DNA of 61,470 nucleotides, from contig NW_021837033.1 in the NCBI RefSeq assembly GCF_006345805.1, forward strand, positions 1 to 61,470, in the 5' to 3' direction. Numbering within the stretch: the stretch's first letter is position 1; every line of letters starts with the position of its first letter. Below are positions 14,351-26,607 of this stretch, piece by piece. Position numbers and translations under genes: made by a program. The notes beneath the pieces are model-generated. The model did not search any database, was not told the DNA's origin, and was given only the letters and a program-made list of their open reading frames with translations. Source of the stretch: Octopus sinensis (Eukaryota).

Positions 14351-14785
14351 TAGGTGCAGGAGTGGCTGTGTGGCAAGTAGCTTGGTTACCAACCACATGG
14401 TTCCGGGTCCAGTCCCACTGCGTGGCACCTTTGGCAAGTGTCTTCTACTATAGCCTCGAGCCGACCAAAGCCTTGTGGTGGACCAAAGCCTTGGTGGATG
14501 GAAACTAAAATAAGCCCGTTGTATATATATATATATGTGTGTGTGAGTGCGTGTGTGTGTGTGTGTGTGCGTGCGTGTGTGTGTATGTGTGTGTGTGCGT
14601 GTGCGTGTGTGTGTGTCTGTGTTTGTTCCCTTGCCATCACTTGACAACCGACGTTGGCTTCTTTATGTCTCCGTAACTTAGCGGTTGGGCTTACAAGGAA
14701 TAAGTCATGAGGTGGATTTGGTTCGAATAAAGGCGGTGCTCCAGCTTGGCCGCAGTCAAGTGACTGAAACAAGTAAAAAGAATAA
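14351..14785 (+). mobile_element. SINE-B, full length (tRNA-like head, CORE-like segment, internal (TA)n(GT)n, 3' tail)
   Basis: ggtgcaggagtggctgtgtgg...gtggcacctttggcaagtgtctt...aagcccgt-(microsatellite)-...ggccgcagtcaagtgactgaaacaagtaaaa. Homologous to the 16309, 31523 and 60284 copies. Confidence 0.85.
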
Positions 14786-15096
14786 ACAGATAGTCACATG
14801 TAATTTGGCAACGTATTGCGATTGACCATAATAGACAAAGATGAGAGTTAATAATATTGTTGTGATAAATCCGAGATGAAGCGAAAATTAAATAATTGAT
14901 ATCGGTATATCTGTGAACATTAGGATTAAGATGAAGAACCTAGGAAAGCTGGAGAAGTAAGAGATCCTCAAGAGACATAAACCTGTGGCTGTAGAGAGAC
15001 ACGCACATGCTATATATAGATATTAATTGATGATGAACGAAAGAGCGTATATTGTACAATCTGAGAAGGAAATAGCCAGGTATATAGAATAATAAA

Positions 15097-15709
15097 GGCG
15101 GCGATCTGGCAGAAACGTTAGCACGCCGGGCGAAATGCGTAGCCGTATTTCGTCTGCCGCTACGTTCTGAGTTCAAATTCCGCCGAGGTCGACTTTGCCT
15201 TTCATCCTTTCGGGGTCGATAAATTAAGTACCAGTTACGCACTGGTGTCGATGTAATCGACTTAATCCCTTTGTCTGTCCTTGTTTGTCCGCCTCTGTGT
15301 CTAGCCCCTTGTGGGTGGGTAGTAAAGAAATAGGCATTTCGTCTGCCGCTACGTTCTGAGTTCAAATTCCGCCGAGGTCGTCTTTGCCTTTCATCCTTTC
15401 GGGGTCGATAAATTAAGTACCAGTTACGCACTGGGGTCGATGTAATCGACTTAATCCGTTCCTCTGTCCTTGTTTGTCCTCTCTGTGTTTGGCCCCTTGT
15501 GGGTGGGTAGTAAAGAAATAGGCATTTCGTCTGCCGCTACGTTCTGAGTTCAAATTCCGCCGAGGTCGTCTTTGCCTTTCATCCTTTCGGGGTGGATAAA
15601 TTAAGTACCAGTTACGCACTGGGGGTCGCTATAATCGACTTAATCCGTTTGTCTGTCCTTGTTTGTCCTCTCTGTGTTTAGCCTCTACTGGGTAGTAAAG
15701 AAATAGGTA
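15097..15709 (+). mobile_element. SINE-A1 head-to-tail trimer flanked by a 16-bp TSD
   Basis: One head plus two headless ~185-188-bp units. aggtatatagaataat occurs at 15078-15093 and 15705-15720. Confidence 0.92.
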
Positions 15710-16191
15710 TATAGAATAATGAACGACGCAAGTTTTAGTCGTTGATGTGACGTGCGGTATAGTGGCTGTTCTTCGATTGATGACGTAAATTCAGTTGTTG
15801 GATCATTAGAGTTATCTGCTCCTGAAATAGTGTGTAAGTATTTGAGTACCCCAAGCGATACCCATACTTTTAATGTTATGATAGGGCAGAACCAATGTAA
15901 CATAGGATGCGACAAGGCCGTACCTTATGAATTTCCGATACAATCCACCAGACGGGCTTCTTTACAATCTCGCTCATAAGGTATGAGTGGAGTCGGGGCC
16001 ATAGAAATGACATTTGCCCACTTACGGAAAACGAAGCAGGGACTTTATGTCTCCCTGAGAAATATTGCATCCATGCTATTATTATACATTCAGACAACCG
16101 TCTGAAGAAAACGGTTTCTTTATAATGATATAATGTTCTCAATGAAGAAGCTGTTAGAAACGGCCGCAATGGATTGACACACATGCACATA

Positions 16192-16259
<68 letters not shown>

Positions 16260-16308
16260 TGCGTGTGTATGTGTACGTGTGCGTGAGTGTGAGTGTATAT
16301 ACATATAT

Positions 16309-16753
16309 CTTTTACTCTTTTATTTGTTTCAGTCATTTGACTGCGGCCATGCAGTGGCGCACCCCTTTAGTCGAGGAAATCGAGCCAGGACTTATTCTCT
16401 GTAAGCCTAGTACTTATTTTATCGGTCTTTTTCGCCGAGCCGCTAAGTTACGGAGACGTGAACACACCAACATCGGTTGCCAGGCAATATTGAGGGGACA
16501 AACACAGACACACATAGACACACGCACGCACACACACTCACTCACCACTCACACACACACACACAAACACACACACATATATATACACAACGGGCTTCTT
16601 TTAGTTCCCGTCTACCAAATCCACTCGCAAGGCTTTAGTCGGCCAGAAGCTATAGCAGTAGACACTTGCCCAAGGTGCCACGCAGTGGGACTGAACCCGG
16701 AACCATGTGGTTGGTAAGCAAGGTACTTACCACACAGCCACTCCTGCGCCTAT
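16309..16753 (-). mobile_element. SINE-B, full length
   Basis: Reverse complement of the 14351 element, including the internal (CA)n(TA)n tract. Confidence 0.88.
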
Positions 16754-17189
16754 CTGCGCATATGTATATAATGGTATATATTTACATTAATCTTCCTGCT
16801 GCCTCATAGACGATGGATGTTGAATCGTATGAACAGCACACCGAGAACAACATTCCCGTTACATTAGCCTGTAAGTGGCTGAATAATCCACAGTGAGGGA
16901 CATGCCCTTAAGTAAATTTAAGTAAATTCTCAGGTAGAAATACCATGGTACAGTAAATTCCAGGTATAATTCACCCAAAAGGCTTCCACACAATCTCCCT
17001 CTGACTAATTTTACTCACAAAGCTGTGATAAAAGCGAAAAATATCATTTGCTCGAGATTATGTGTAGTAGGATCGAACCCAAAACATTGCGAAGTGCATT
17101 TCTTAATCAATTTAGCTATGAAATGTGACGCGTAATAAACCACTTTAATGAGTCATTTATGCATGTCATTAAAATGAGTGTGATTTGTG

Positions 17190-17226
<37 letters not shown>

Positions 17227-17240
17227 TCCAATATGTTAGC

Positions 17241-17850
17241 GCTGGTGGTGGTGGTGGTGGGGTCATAGTAGTGGTTGTAGCGGTGGGGATAGTGGTGATG
17301 GTGGTGATGGTAGTGTTGGCAGGGATAGTAGTGTTGGAGATCGTGGTGGTGGTGGTGGTGATGGTGGTGGTGGTAGTGGCGATGGGTGATGGCCGTGGTA
17401 ATGGTGGTGGTGGTGGTGGAAGTGGTGGTGGTGATGGCGGTGGTGGTGGTGGTGATGGTGGTGGTATTGGTGGTGGTGGTGGTGGTGGTGGTGGTGATGG
17501 CGGTGGTATTGGTGGTGGTGGTGGTGATGGTGGTGGTGGTGGTGGTGGTGGTGGTGGTGGTGGTGATGGCGGTGGTATTGGTGGTGGTGGTGGTGATGGT
17601 GGTGGTGGTGGCGGTGGTGTTGGTGGTGGTGGTGGTGGTGATGGTGGTGGTGCTGGTGGTGGTGGTGGTGGGTGATGGCGGTGGTAATGGTGGTGGTGGT
17701 GGTGGTGGTGGTGGTGATGGCGGTGGTATTGGTGGTGGTGGTGGTGATGGTGGTGATGGTGGTGGTGGTGTTGGTGGTGGAGGTGGTGGTGGTGATGTGG
17801 TGGTGGTGGTGGTGGTGGTGGTGGTGGTGGAGGAGGTGGCGACGGCATTG
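17241..17850. repeat. Long imperfect (GGT)n microsatellite
   Basis: Direct reading; the poly-Pro/His/Gly/Val ORFs are its translations. Confidence 0.95.
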
Positions 17851-18328
17851 GTTTAGATAATACACTTAAACTGAAGTTTGTTAACGGAATGAGGGAAACA
17901 TCAGCGTGCAACACCAGCACCACCACCACCAGCAACAGCAGCAGCAGTAGTTGAATATTGATTAAATTTTCACACATTCGAGTGGAATCCGATATTATTT
18001 GGAGAGGAGAAAATGGAGGGAAAAAAACCGAGCAAATAATTGCTGCACAGTTTCTTTCTCCTATCGCCAACTGCAATTAACCTGGCATCAGTAATTAGTA
18101 ACAACTTGACATAGTTTCTAACATTAATTAGAGCACGTTGAATTTCATATATTTCACACGCACACACACACACACACACACACAAGCAAGCAAACAAAAA
18201 AATACACCACACACAGATGCATGCTTACACTTACACACATACACACATGTTTATGACTATCAGATTTATAAGAAAGAAGTTTAGTGTCACTACACGTTTG
18301 ACCTTAAATGATGCTACGGTTTATTCGA

Positions 18329-18665
<337 letters not shown>

Positions 18666-18734
18666 TCACATTTATAAGGAAGAAGCTTAGTGTCACATTT
18701 TGACCTTAAATGATATTACAGTTTATTCGATATC

Positions 18735-18840
18735 ACTGGTTCCCAAAGTGGGCGGTATTGGCCCCCACTCCTGGGGACGGTGAAAAAGTGGGGTGATAAT
18801 GGGGTAGCGATTCATGTAAAGGGGGGGGGGGTAATAATGG
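18735..18840 (+). mobile_element. Possible hAT-type terminal fragment
   Basis: cactggttcccaaagtgggcgg resembles CAGTGGTTCCCAAA hAT termini. No partner TIR found. Confidence 0.3.
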
Positions 18841-18970
18841 GTCGATTTTGCCTTTCATCCTTTCGTGGTCGATAAATTAAGTACCAGTTCTGCACCGGGG
18901 TCGTTCTAATCGACTGGCCCCCTCCCCGAAAATTTCAGGCCTTGTACCTGTAATAGAAAGGATTATTATT
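18841..18970 (+). mobile_element. 5'-truncated SINE-A (A2 tail)
   Basis: tttgcctttcatcctttcgtggtcgataaattaagtaccagt...ccccgaaaatttcaggccttgtacct...gaaaggattattatt. Confidence 0.85.
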
Positions 18971-19240
18971 TATCGTCTTATAAACTATACAACCTCTGAA
19001 AATCTATTTAACAACTTGTAAATTACTTAAGATCTGGTAAATAAATGGATCTTCATAAATTTCGACGAAAATTATTTATTTGCTTCGTTTACTGAACTAC
19101 ATATTCCTTGATTTAACATATTAAACAACTAAAATATTCCACTGACACTTGTTCTCTTAGACATAATTCTCTGGTAGAATTAAGTGACACATGTATGACA
19201 AGACCAGAGCTCTTCGATTACAAGTTCAATACTCCACATA

Positions 19241-20503
19241 CAGGGGTTGGACAAAATCATTGGAACAGCAGAAATTTAACTCCAATGTTTTAATGAGCCA
19301 TTATATTATGAATATCCATCGGAATTTCATTGTGAGTGTTTTTCTTTTGTATTGTAGATGGTTTTATTTATGTAATTTAATGATTATTTCTATTTCTTTT
19401 TCAGACCGTAGTATAAATTAAGATAAGCTGCGTGAACTCACTGAGTTCGAAAAAGGGCAAATTGTTTGAGCTCAAGTGGCAGGAGCTTCCGTCACCAGAA
19501 CAGCTGAATTCCTTGGTTTCTCGAAAGCTACCGTATCAAGGATTATGACTGAATTTCAGAAGCAGTGTAAAACCTTCAGCAGGAGGGGTATGTCCGACAG
19601 GACTTCGAAGCTCACTGAAAGAAACCACAAGTGTTGAATCGCATGGAGTTGAAAAATCACTAGACAACTGCCCCTAAAGTTACTCCAAATTTGAACCAAC
19701 ACCTGACTAATCCAGTTTCGACCATAACTGTTCGTCGTGAGTTCAGTAAAGCTGGATATCATGGAAGAGCCGCCATCAGGAAACCTCTGCTTTCGCATCA
19801 AAACACCCAGAAAAGGCTCAGTTGTGTAGAGATCACAAGGGCTGGTCGACAGACCAATGGAAGCAAGAAATATTTTCCAACGAGTTCAGTTTTTCTCTTC
19901 TCCCCACTGCAGGGCGAGTTGATGTGTTGAGGCAACCAGGGGAAGCTTTTAATCCTGACTGCCTTCTTCCTACTGTGAAGGACGGAGGACGGTCTGTGAT
20001 GGTTTGGGTAGCTATTTCTTAGAATTCTCTTGGTCCAATCGTTGCCCTGCATGGTAATAGCAATGATTAGCTGAATATTTGGGGAAATCAAGTCTTTCCA
20101 CGGTCCAGACATTATTCCCTGACAGTAAGTAAAGCTTCCAAGATCACAATGCTCCAATACACACCTCCGATGTGGTTAAGAATTGGTATGAAGTGTATAG
20201 TAGTAAGCTACGACACATGGAGTAACCCCATCAATTCCCAGATCTTAATAATATTGAGCATCTGTGGTACATCTTGGAGCGACAAGTTAGAAGTCGTTAT
20301 CCGCCACCTTATCCGTCTGTAACAGCTGGAGCAGATTTTTCAGGAAGAATGTCTCAAGATACCTCTCAATGAAGTTAGGAAGCTGTGTGAATCAATTCCT
20401 AGACGCATCGAAGTTATTCAGAAAGTCAAAGGAGGATCAACTCCACATTAAATGAATATTCATTAAATTTAACATGTGTTCCAATTATTTTGTCCAACTC
20501 CTG
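19241..20503 (+). mobile_element. Full-length decayed Tc1-like (DD34E) DNA transposon
   Basis: TIRs CAGGGGTTGGACAAAATCATTGGAACA and TGTTCCAATTATTTTGTCCAACTCCTG. TA at 19239-19240 on the left; the right flank reads AA. Confidence 0.93.
19431..20451 (+). pseudogene. Tc1-like transposase with several stops and frameshifts
   Basis: RELTEFEKGQIV*AQVAGASVTRTAEFLG (HTH)...VSTITVRREFSKAGYHGRAAIRKPLL...W..DQWKQEIFSNEFSF...CLLPTVKDGGRSVMVW...FQDHNAPIH...PDLNNIEHLW...IPRRIEVIQKVKGGSTPH*. Confidence 0.92.
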
Positions 20504-20847
20504 AAATTTCTGTCCGTTCAACTTTACTCAAAAGGTCTGTTAGCAATGGGAAGCCATAGGTAAATAGGCTAACCCTCTCCCCAGAAAATCCCTACCAACG
20601 AACCAGGGATTTAATTATTTCGAATCAAATTTCTAAACCAAATCAAATACACAACTTTCAACGTAGACAGCGAGACTAAATATATTTCTTTTAATATCGA
20701 TTTAATTAACCTGTTATTTCAACGATCTATTGTATAATTCACATTTATTTTAAATTTTATTGGAAAAAAGTTCTAAACCGGCCGAATCTACTAAATTTCA
20801 CTGTTTCTGCTTTTTTCCTTCCTTCTTAATGAATGAAATATTTCAAT

Positions 20848-20899
<52 letters not shown>

Positions 20900-21720
20900 T
20901 ACACACACACATACATACATCTGTGTGAGGAGAAGAGAGAGAGAGAGAAAGGGAGTATATGTGTGTTTGTGTGTGTGTGTGTATATATATATACTCATAT
21001 GCATGCATACATACACACACACACGCACACATATATATAAATATATACATATGTGTGTATTTGGAGAGAGAGAAAAGAAAAGAGAGAGAGGGAGGGAGAG
21101 AGAGAAAAAAAGAGAGAGAGGGAGGGAGAGAGAGAGAGAGATCAGCAGACAGACAGAACAGAGGCGTAAAGAGAAAGAGAAGAGGAGTGAGTGAGCGAGC
21201 GAACGAGGAGAGAAAAACTTATGTTGCCATTATCATTTGGAACCATTCCAACTTTATTTGGCTTAAGCCATGTCTAAGCCAGTTATCTTTTCCTGTTTGT
21301 CTTTTCTAGTTTTTGTTTTGTTTTGGTTGGGTGTTTTTTTTGTTTTCTGTCTTGCCACTAACCTCTCTGAATAAGTTGAATACTAATCAATTAAGCACGT
21401 GACTTGTAGAGTTCTGTTACGTTGCTGCTAATATGTCTGTTGCTGCTGTTGTTGTTGTTGTTGTTAGTGGTGGTGATGCTGTAAACAAGTTTATGGAATA
21501 ACTGATAGAACACACACGTTCGCCTCCAGCCAACAATTTTTATGCCTTTCAGAGGAGAAGGAACTGTGCCGTTAATACGTTCCCAAAGGACTTTACTCAC
21601 GTAACGGATTGATACGACATGGATGCTTAATACAAAACAATCGCAAACTCGACTAACAGGGACCTGTTGCACGATCGCAAGGTATTCTAGGTGAAACAGT
21701 CCAAATCTTCAGACCATACC

Positions 21721-21970
21721 TATTTCTTTACTACCCACAAGGGGCTAAACCACAGAGAGGACAAACAAGGACAGACAAATGGATTAAGTCGATTATATCG
21801 ACCCCAGTGCGTAACTGGTACTTAATTTATCGACCCCGAAAGGATGAAAGGCAAAGTCGACCTCGGCGGAATTTGAACTCAGAACGTAGCGGCAGACGAA
21901 ATACGGCTAAGTATTTCGCCCGGCGTGCTAACGATTCTGCCAGTTCTCCGCCTTATGCCAGCTCTCCGCC
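21721..21970 (-). mobile_element. SINE-A1, full length, with a 15-bp TSD
   Basis: Near-consensus copy. cttcagaccatacct at 21707-21721 and 21970-21984. Confidence 0.92.
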
Positions 21971-22622
21971 TTCAGACCATACCTGACCATACCTGACCTT
22001 CTTAAGAGAAAGCTAGGGCACATTGTGTGATATAATCCAAACTTGTTGAAAACCGTTTTGTACAGTTCCTCGTGGAATGAGGAGTTTTATACAGAGGTAT
22101 CGGTAACGTAGTATCTCAAACGTGGGCCCTTATTTCCCTGTTGGAATCGAACGGGTGCCATACTGCCATATGGCATGTTTTAGGAATATCTAAACCTGAC
22201 GGGGAACACCTCGATGACGATCGAGCAAATACTATCAATGGCTTTCACACATGTAAAAAGTAAGCAAAAATATTTCATGTCTACTCACGATTGGTATTTA
22301 ATATTTTATTCAAGAGAGATTCGGCTGTGCTTTCTAGTAAAATGTGCGACCCTATTCAGACTGGTTGAAATCATTATCTCAAATATTAAAGAGAATTTAC
22401 AACTGGGGAGGCAGACATGCAAATGACGAAAGATTATTCACACGGCAAAGAGAATAGTGAAGTTTGGGCGGATTGTTACATTAGCAATAAATGAATATAT
22501 AAGCATTGCGCTTTGTTATATGGTAATGAATATGGATGATTGTATTGGAAATCTGAGCTATTACGATGGAGAAGCATAGATGTAAGTTTATAAAAAAACA
22601 GATGGGTTTATATATATATGTA

Positions 22623-22682
<60 letters not shown>

Positions 22683-22683
22683 A

Positions 22684-22740
<57 letters not shown>

Positions 22741-22782
22741 CACACACACACACACATATATATATAATATGTGTGTGTGTGC

Positions 22783-22815
<33 letters not shown>

Positions 22816-22888
22816 ATATATATACAGATATATATATATATATGTACACACACAGACACATACACACACACGCACACACACACCACAC

Positions 22889-22925
<37 letters not shown>

Positions 22926-23003
22926 AATGTTTTATATATATATATATATACTTGGAAAAGGATGCGTGGCGTTCGATCATATAACAATATAAATAATATA
23001 TAA

Positions 23004-23034
<31 letters not shown>

Positions 23035-23619
23035 ATATAATATATATATATATATGTAATAAATGCATATATACATACATATATGTACATACCTACATCT
23101 ATATGTATATATACATGCATATATGGATACAGGACATCAAAATAAGGTGGAACACAATGAAAAACGAAAACACAAAAACAAAAACATGGAAACGAACTTT
23201 TTTCAAACAACGAAAAAACAGAGTACAAGACATGCAACACAAGGAATATTCCCCTTCTTCAGTTGTCCCTGTTTCGTCTACTCCGCGTTTCGAGGGTAAG
23301 GACAAGACGCGACTTCGTTGAAACAGCCTTTCCCGCAAAGCAAATAAAATAAAATTTGGGATTTTTTGCGGAGGGGTAAAAATGGTAACAAATATATATA
23401 TATTTCGTTTTGGGATTTGCTTTGCAAGATTCTTTATATGAGTTCGTGTGTTGAAGCATATTCTGTTGTGTCTGGGGAAAAGTCGTTTCTTTTTGTGCCT
23501 TATAATGTAACACACTTACCGGTAAAATTTCCAATAACGGATTGGAAACTATTGAAAAGGGTGCAAGACGCAACGAAAATTTTAGGAAAATAAAAATAAG
23601 AAATAAGTGGAAATTTTAC

Positions 23620-23728
23620 CGGTCGTCCCGGGTCTGTAGTACAAGACACCCGGAATCAAGGTGCCACGCAGTGAGACTGAACCCGAAATGCTGTACTTGA
23701 GAAGCAAACTTTCTTACCAGATGAACAC
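23620..23728 (-). mobile_element. Degenerate SINE-B head fragment
   Basis: caaggtgccacgcagtgagactgaacccgaaa matches the head of the 16309 copy. Confidence 0.6.
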
Positions 23729-23852
23729 ACCAGTGGTTATGTATATTTATTTATCGATGTAAAATGCAGAATAAAGTATAATCGAATCGTGAGAATTCTG
23801 AGATGAGAGTTAGAGTGAACGAGAAAGTGAAAGAATGAGTGAGAAAGAAGCG

Positions 23853-23887
<35 letters not shown>

Positions 23888-24079
23888 GAGAAAATATTTA
23901 ACATTTCTCTAAGTAATAGTAATTACAGTTGAAAAATTCCCTCAAGTGGCTGTTGAGGGTGAGATGTGATTGATGGGAAGATTTCAAACAAGAAAGTATG
24001 TGAAAGAACTTCTATTGATCAAATAGACAGACAGAAATATATGCATATATGCATATGTATATATATATATATATTATAT

Positions 24080-24137
<58 letters not shown>

Positions 24138-24201
24138 CTCATATATCTATATATATATGTGTGTGTGTGTATGTGTATGTATACATGTATATATATGTAT
24201 A

Positions 24202-24247
<46 letters not shown>

Positions 24248-24621
24248 TCTCTATATATATGTGTGTGTGTATGTATATAATCGTTATTATGGTAACAATA
24301 TTCGTTTTCTTTCTTTTATTTAATCCTACTAAAATCTATTCTAAAAGGAATTATCGAACGATAAACAATCACGAGATAAAGATTAAAAGAAAAGTAAATA
24401 AAAAAACAGAAGCAAAAGAAAAAGAAGTGATTTAAAGAAAAAAAAAATCACCTTTATGAGATTACCCACGAAAGATTTACATCTTTAATTAGCATCCTAA
24501 TTAGCGTCTCGAATCAGGAAAGAAGAAAAGAGAATTGCGAACAGTAGATGTAAAATGAAAATGCAGTCAAAGAAGAGCTGAAAAACTTTCCTAAGGATCA
24601 TGGCTGCTAATCGTTGATACT

Positions 24622-25339
24622 GTCGCCTAAACGTGGATCTTCGTTCGTCGCCTAAACGTGGATCTTCGTTCGCCGCCTAAACGTGGATCTTCGTTCGTCG
24701 CCTAAACGTGGATCTTCGTTCGTCGCCTAAACGTGGATCTTCGTTCGGCGCCTAAACGTGGATCTCTTCGCGCCAAACGGGATCTTCGTTCGTCGCCTAA
24801 ACGTGGATCTTCGTTCGTCGCCTAAACGTGGATCTTCGTTCGTCGCCTAAACGTGGATCTTCGTTCGTCGCCTAAACGTGGATCTTCGTTCGTCGCCTAA
24901 ACGTGGATCTTCGTTCGTCGCCTAAACGTGGATCTTCGTTCGGCGCCTAAACGTGGATCTTCGTTCGGCGCCTAAACGTGGATCTTCTTCGTCGCCTAAA
25001 CGTGGATCTTCGTTCGTCGCCGCCTGAACGTGGATCTTCGTCGCCTAAACGTGGATCTTCGTTCGTCGCCTAAACGCGGATCTTCGTTCGTCGCCTAAAC
25101 GTGGATCTTCGTTCGTCGCCTAAACGCGGATCTTCGTTCGTGCCTAAACGGGATCTTCGTCGTCGCCTAAACGTGGATCTTCGTTCGTCGCCTAAACGTG
25201 GATCTTCGTTCGTCGCCTAAACGTGGATCTTCGTTCGTCGCCTAAACGTGGATCTTCGTTCGTCGCCTAAACGTGGATCTTCGTTCATCGCCTAAACGTG
25301 GATCTTCGTTCGTCGCCTAAACGTGGATCTTCGTTCGTC
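24622..25339. repeat. 25-bp minisatellite, about 29 units (CGTCGCCTAAACGTGGATCTTCGTT)
   Basis: Contiguous near-identical units with no spacers. Confidence 0.95.
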
Positions 25340-26099
25340 CAGCTACCAACTGATTTGCAAAGTAAAAGACATTATTCCAGTTTCCGTTTATACTTTATTC
25401 TGCATTTTACATCAATTACAAAATTTACATTCTTATACGCAATTAATTTAACACGTTCACTATGGCATTAATGCCGAATTATTGTTGTGCTATTGTTGTT
25501 CGGTTCTTATTTCAAATCTACTTTAGCTGGAGATAAGTACAGCTACTCTTGAGCTTTTAATCGCTAAGTAGTTTACAGACAAGCTAAATTTGAAATCTTA
25601 TGCATAATTAATAAACTAATTTGGTCAACAGCACATAATATAATTATAATAACGTATTTCTTTAGGTTGCTTGCAGGTGAGAACAAAATTAACGATTGTA
25701 ATATTGTTAGGCCAAGATTATCGAAGCAGGCCGTAATTGGAATTTACCATTCTAATTAAATAGACGTAGAAAAGAAACGATAAAAATACTTATGAAGAAC
25801 TTAACAAGTATTCCAGCATGGTCTTAATCGCGGTGCCTAAAATAAATTGGCGGATAACAAGGTAATTGTTATATTTAGTTAATTTTCTTTAAGGCTTAGT
25901 TTCAAATACCGCCAGAATCGACTTCAAATATTTCTGGAGACTATCATATTAGTACGAGTCAAGAGCTAAGGGCGATACAATTAAATTACGACTTAACCTG
26001 TGATCTCTGATCTCTTTCTATATGTTGTGTGTGTTGTCTATTTCATAAATCAAAGCTATTATAGCAGCAATTATCTGATAAGGATAAAACGATAAATCG

Positions 26100-26403
26100 T
26101 CGCCCTTTTCAAGCTTAGCCAGGCTCATGGGCATGGTTTCCCGGTTTCTGTGGCGTATGTGTTCACCCCAGCTGGACGGGATGCCAGTCCATCGCAGCGT
26201 TACTCAAGAAACAGGAAGTGAGAGTGAGAGAAAGTTGTGGCGAAAGAGTACAACAGGGGTCACTACATCCCCTGCCGGAGACTCGTGGAGCTTTTTAGGT
26301 GTTTTCGCTCAATAAACACACACAACACCAGGTCAAGGAATCGAAACCGCGATCTTCCGACCGCGAGTCTGCTGCCCTAACCACTGGGCCATTGCACCTC
26401 CAC
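26100..26403 (-). mobile_element. SINE-C with tail type C3
   Basis: Same head and core as the other C copies. The minus-strand tail is gcgatggactggcatcccgtccagc...aaaccgggaaaccatgcccatgagcctgg. Confidence 0.88.
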
Positions 26404-26607
26404 AGCTATCTGACAACCATTTTATTATTGAATCTAACAAGATTGAACTGCAATCATATGCCCATCACGACACCACAATGCCCAATCGCCATTAAATATA
26501 GCATGGCAGTGTGATTAAGAAGTTCGATTCTAGACGGGAGAATTAATTCGTTCGCCCTGTTTAGCTCTACCACCTGCTCCTCAAGTACGCTGTGTAGTTG
26601 AGTTATT

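Noticed and set aside
15739-15833. Plus-strand exon ending at a perfect GTAAGT donor (15834)
   Set aside because: All three frames after the nearest AG contain stops, the pyrimidine tract is poor, and no protein similarity was recognised.
16098-16116. Hammerhead core at ctgaaga
   Set aside because: No stem II or GAAA in the required geometry; it is just a small accgt/acggt hairpin.
17153-18076. 307-aa Pro/His-rich extensin- or formin-like ORF
   Set aside because: It is the (GGT)n repeat read on the minus strand; other frames are equally open and there is no domain or splice support.
24622-25339. CRISPR array
   Set aside because: Units are contiguous with no unique spacers, the context is eukaryotic, and there are no cas genes.
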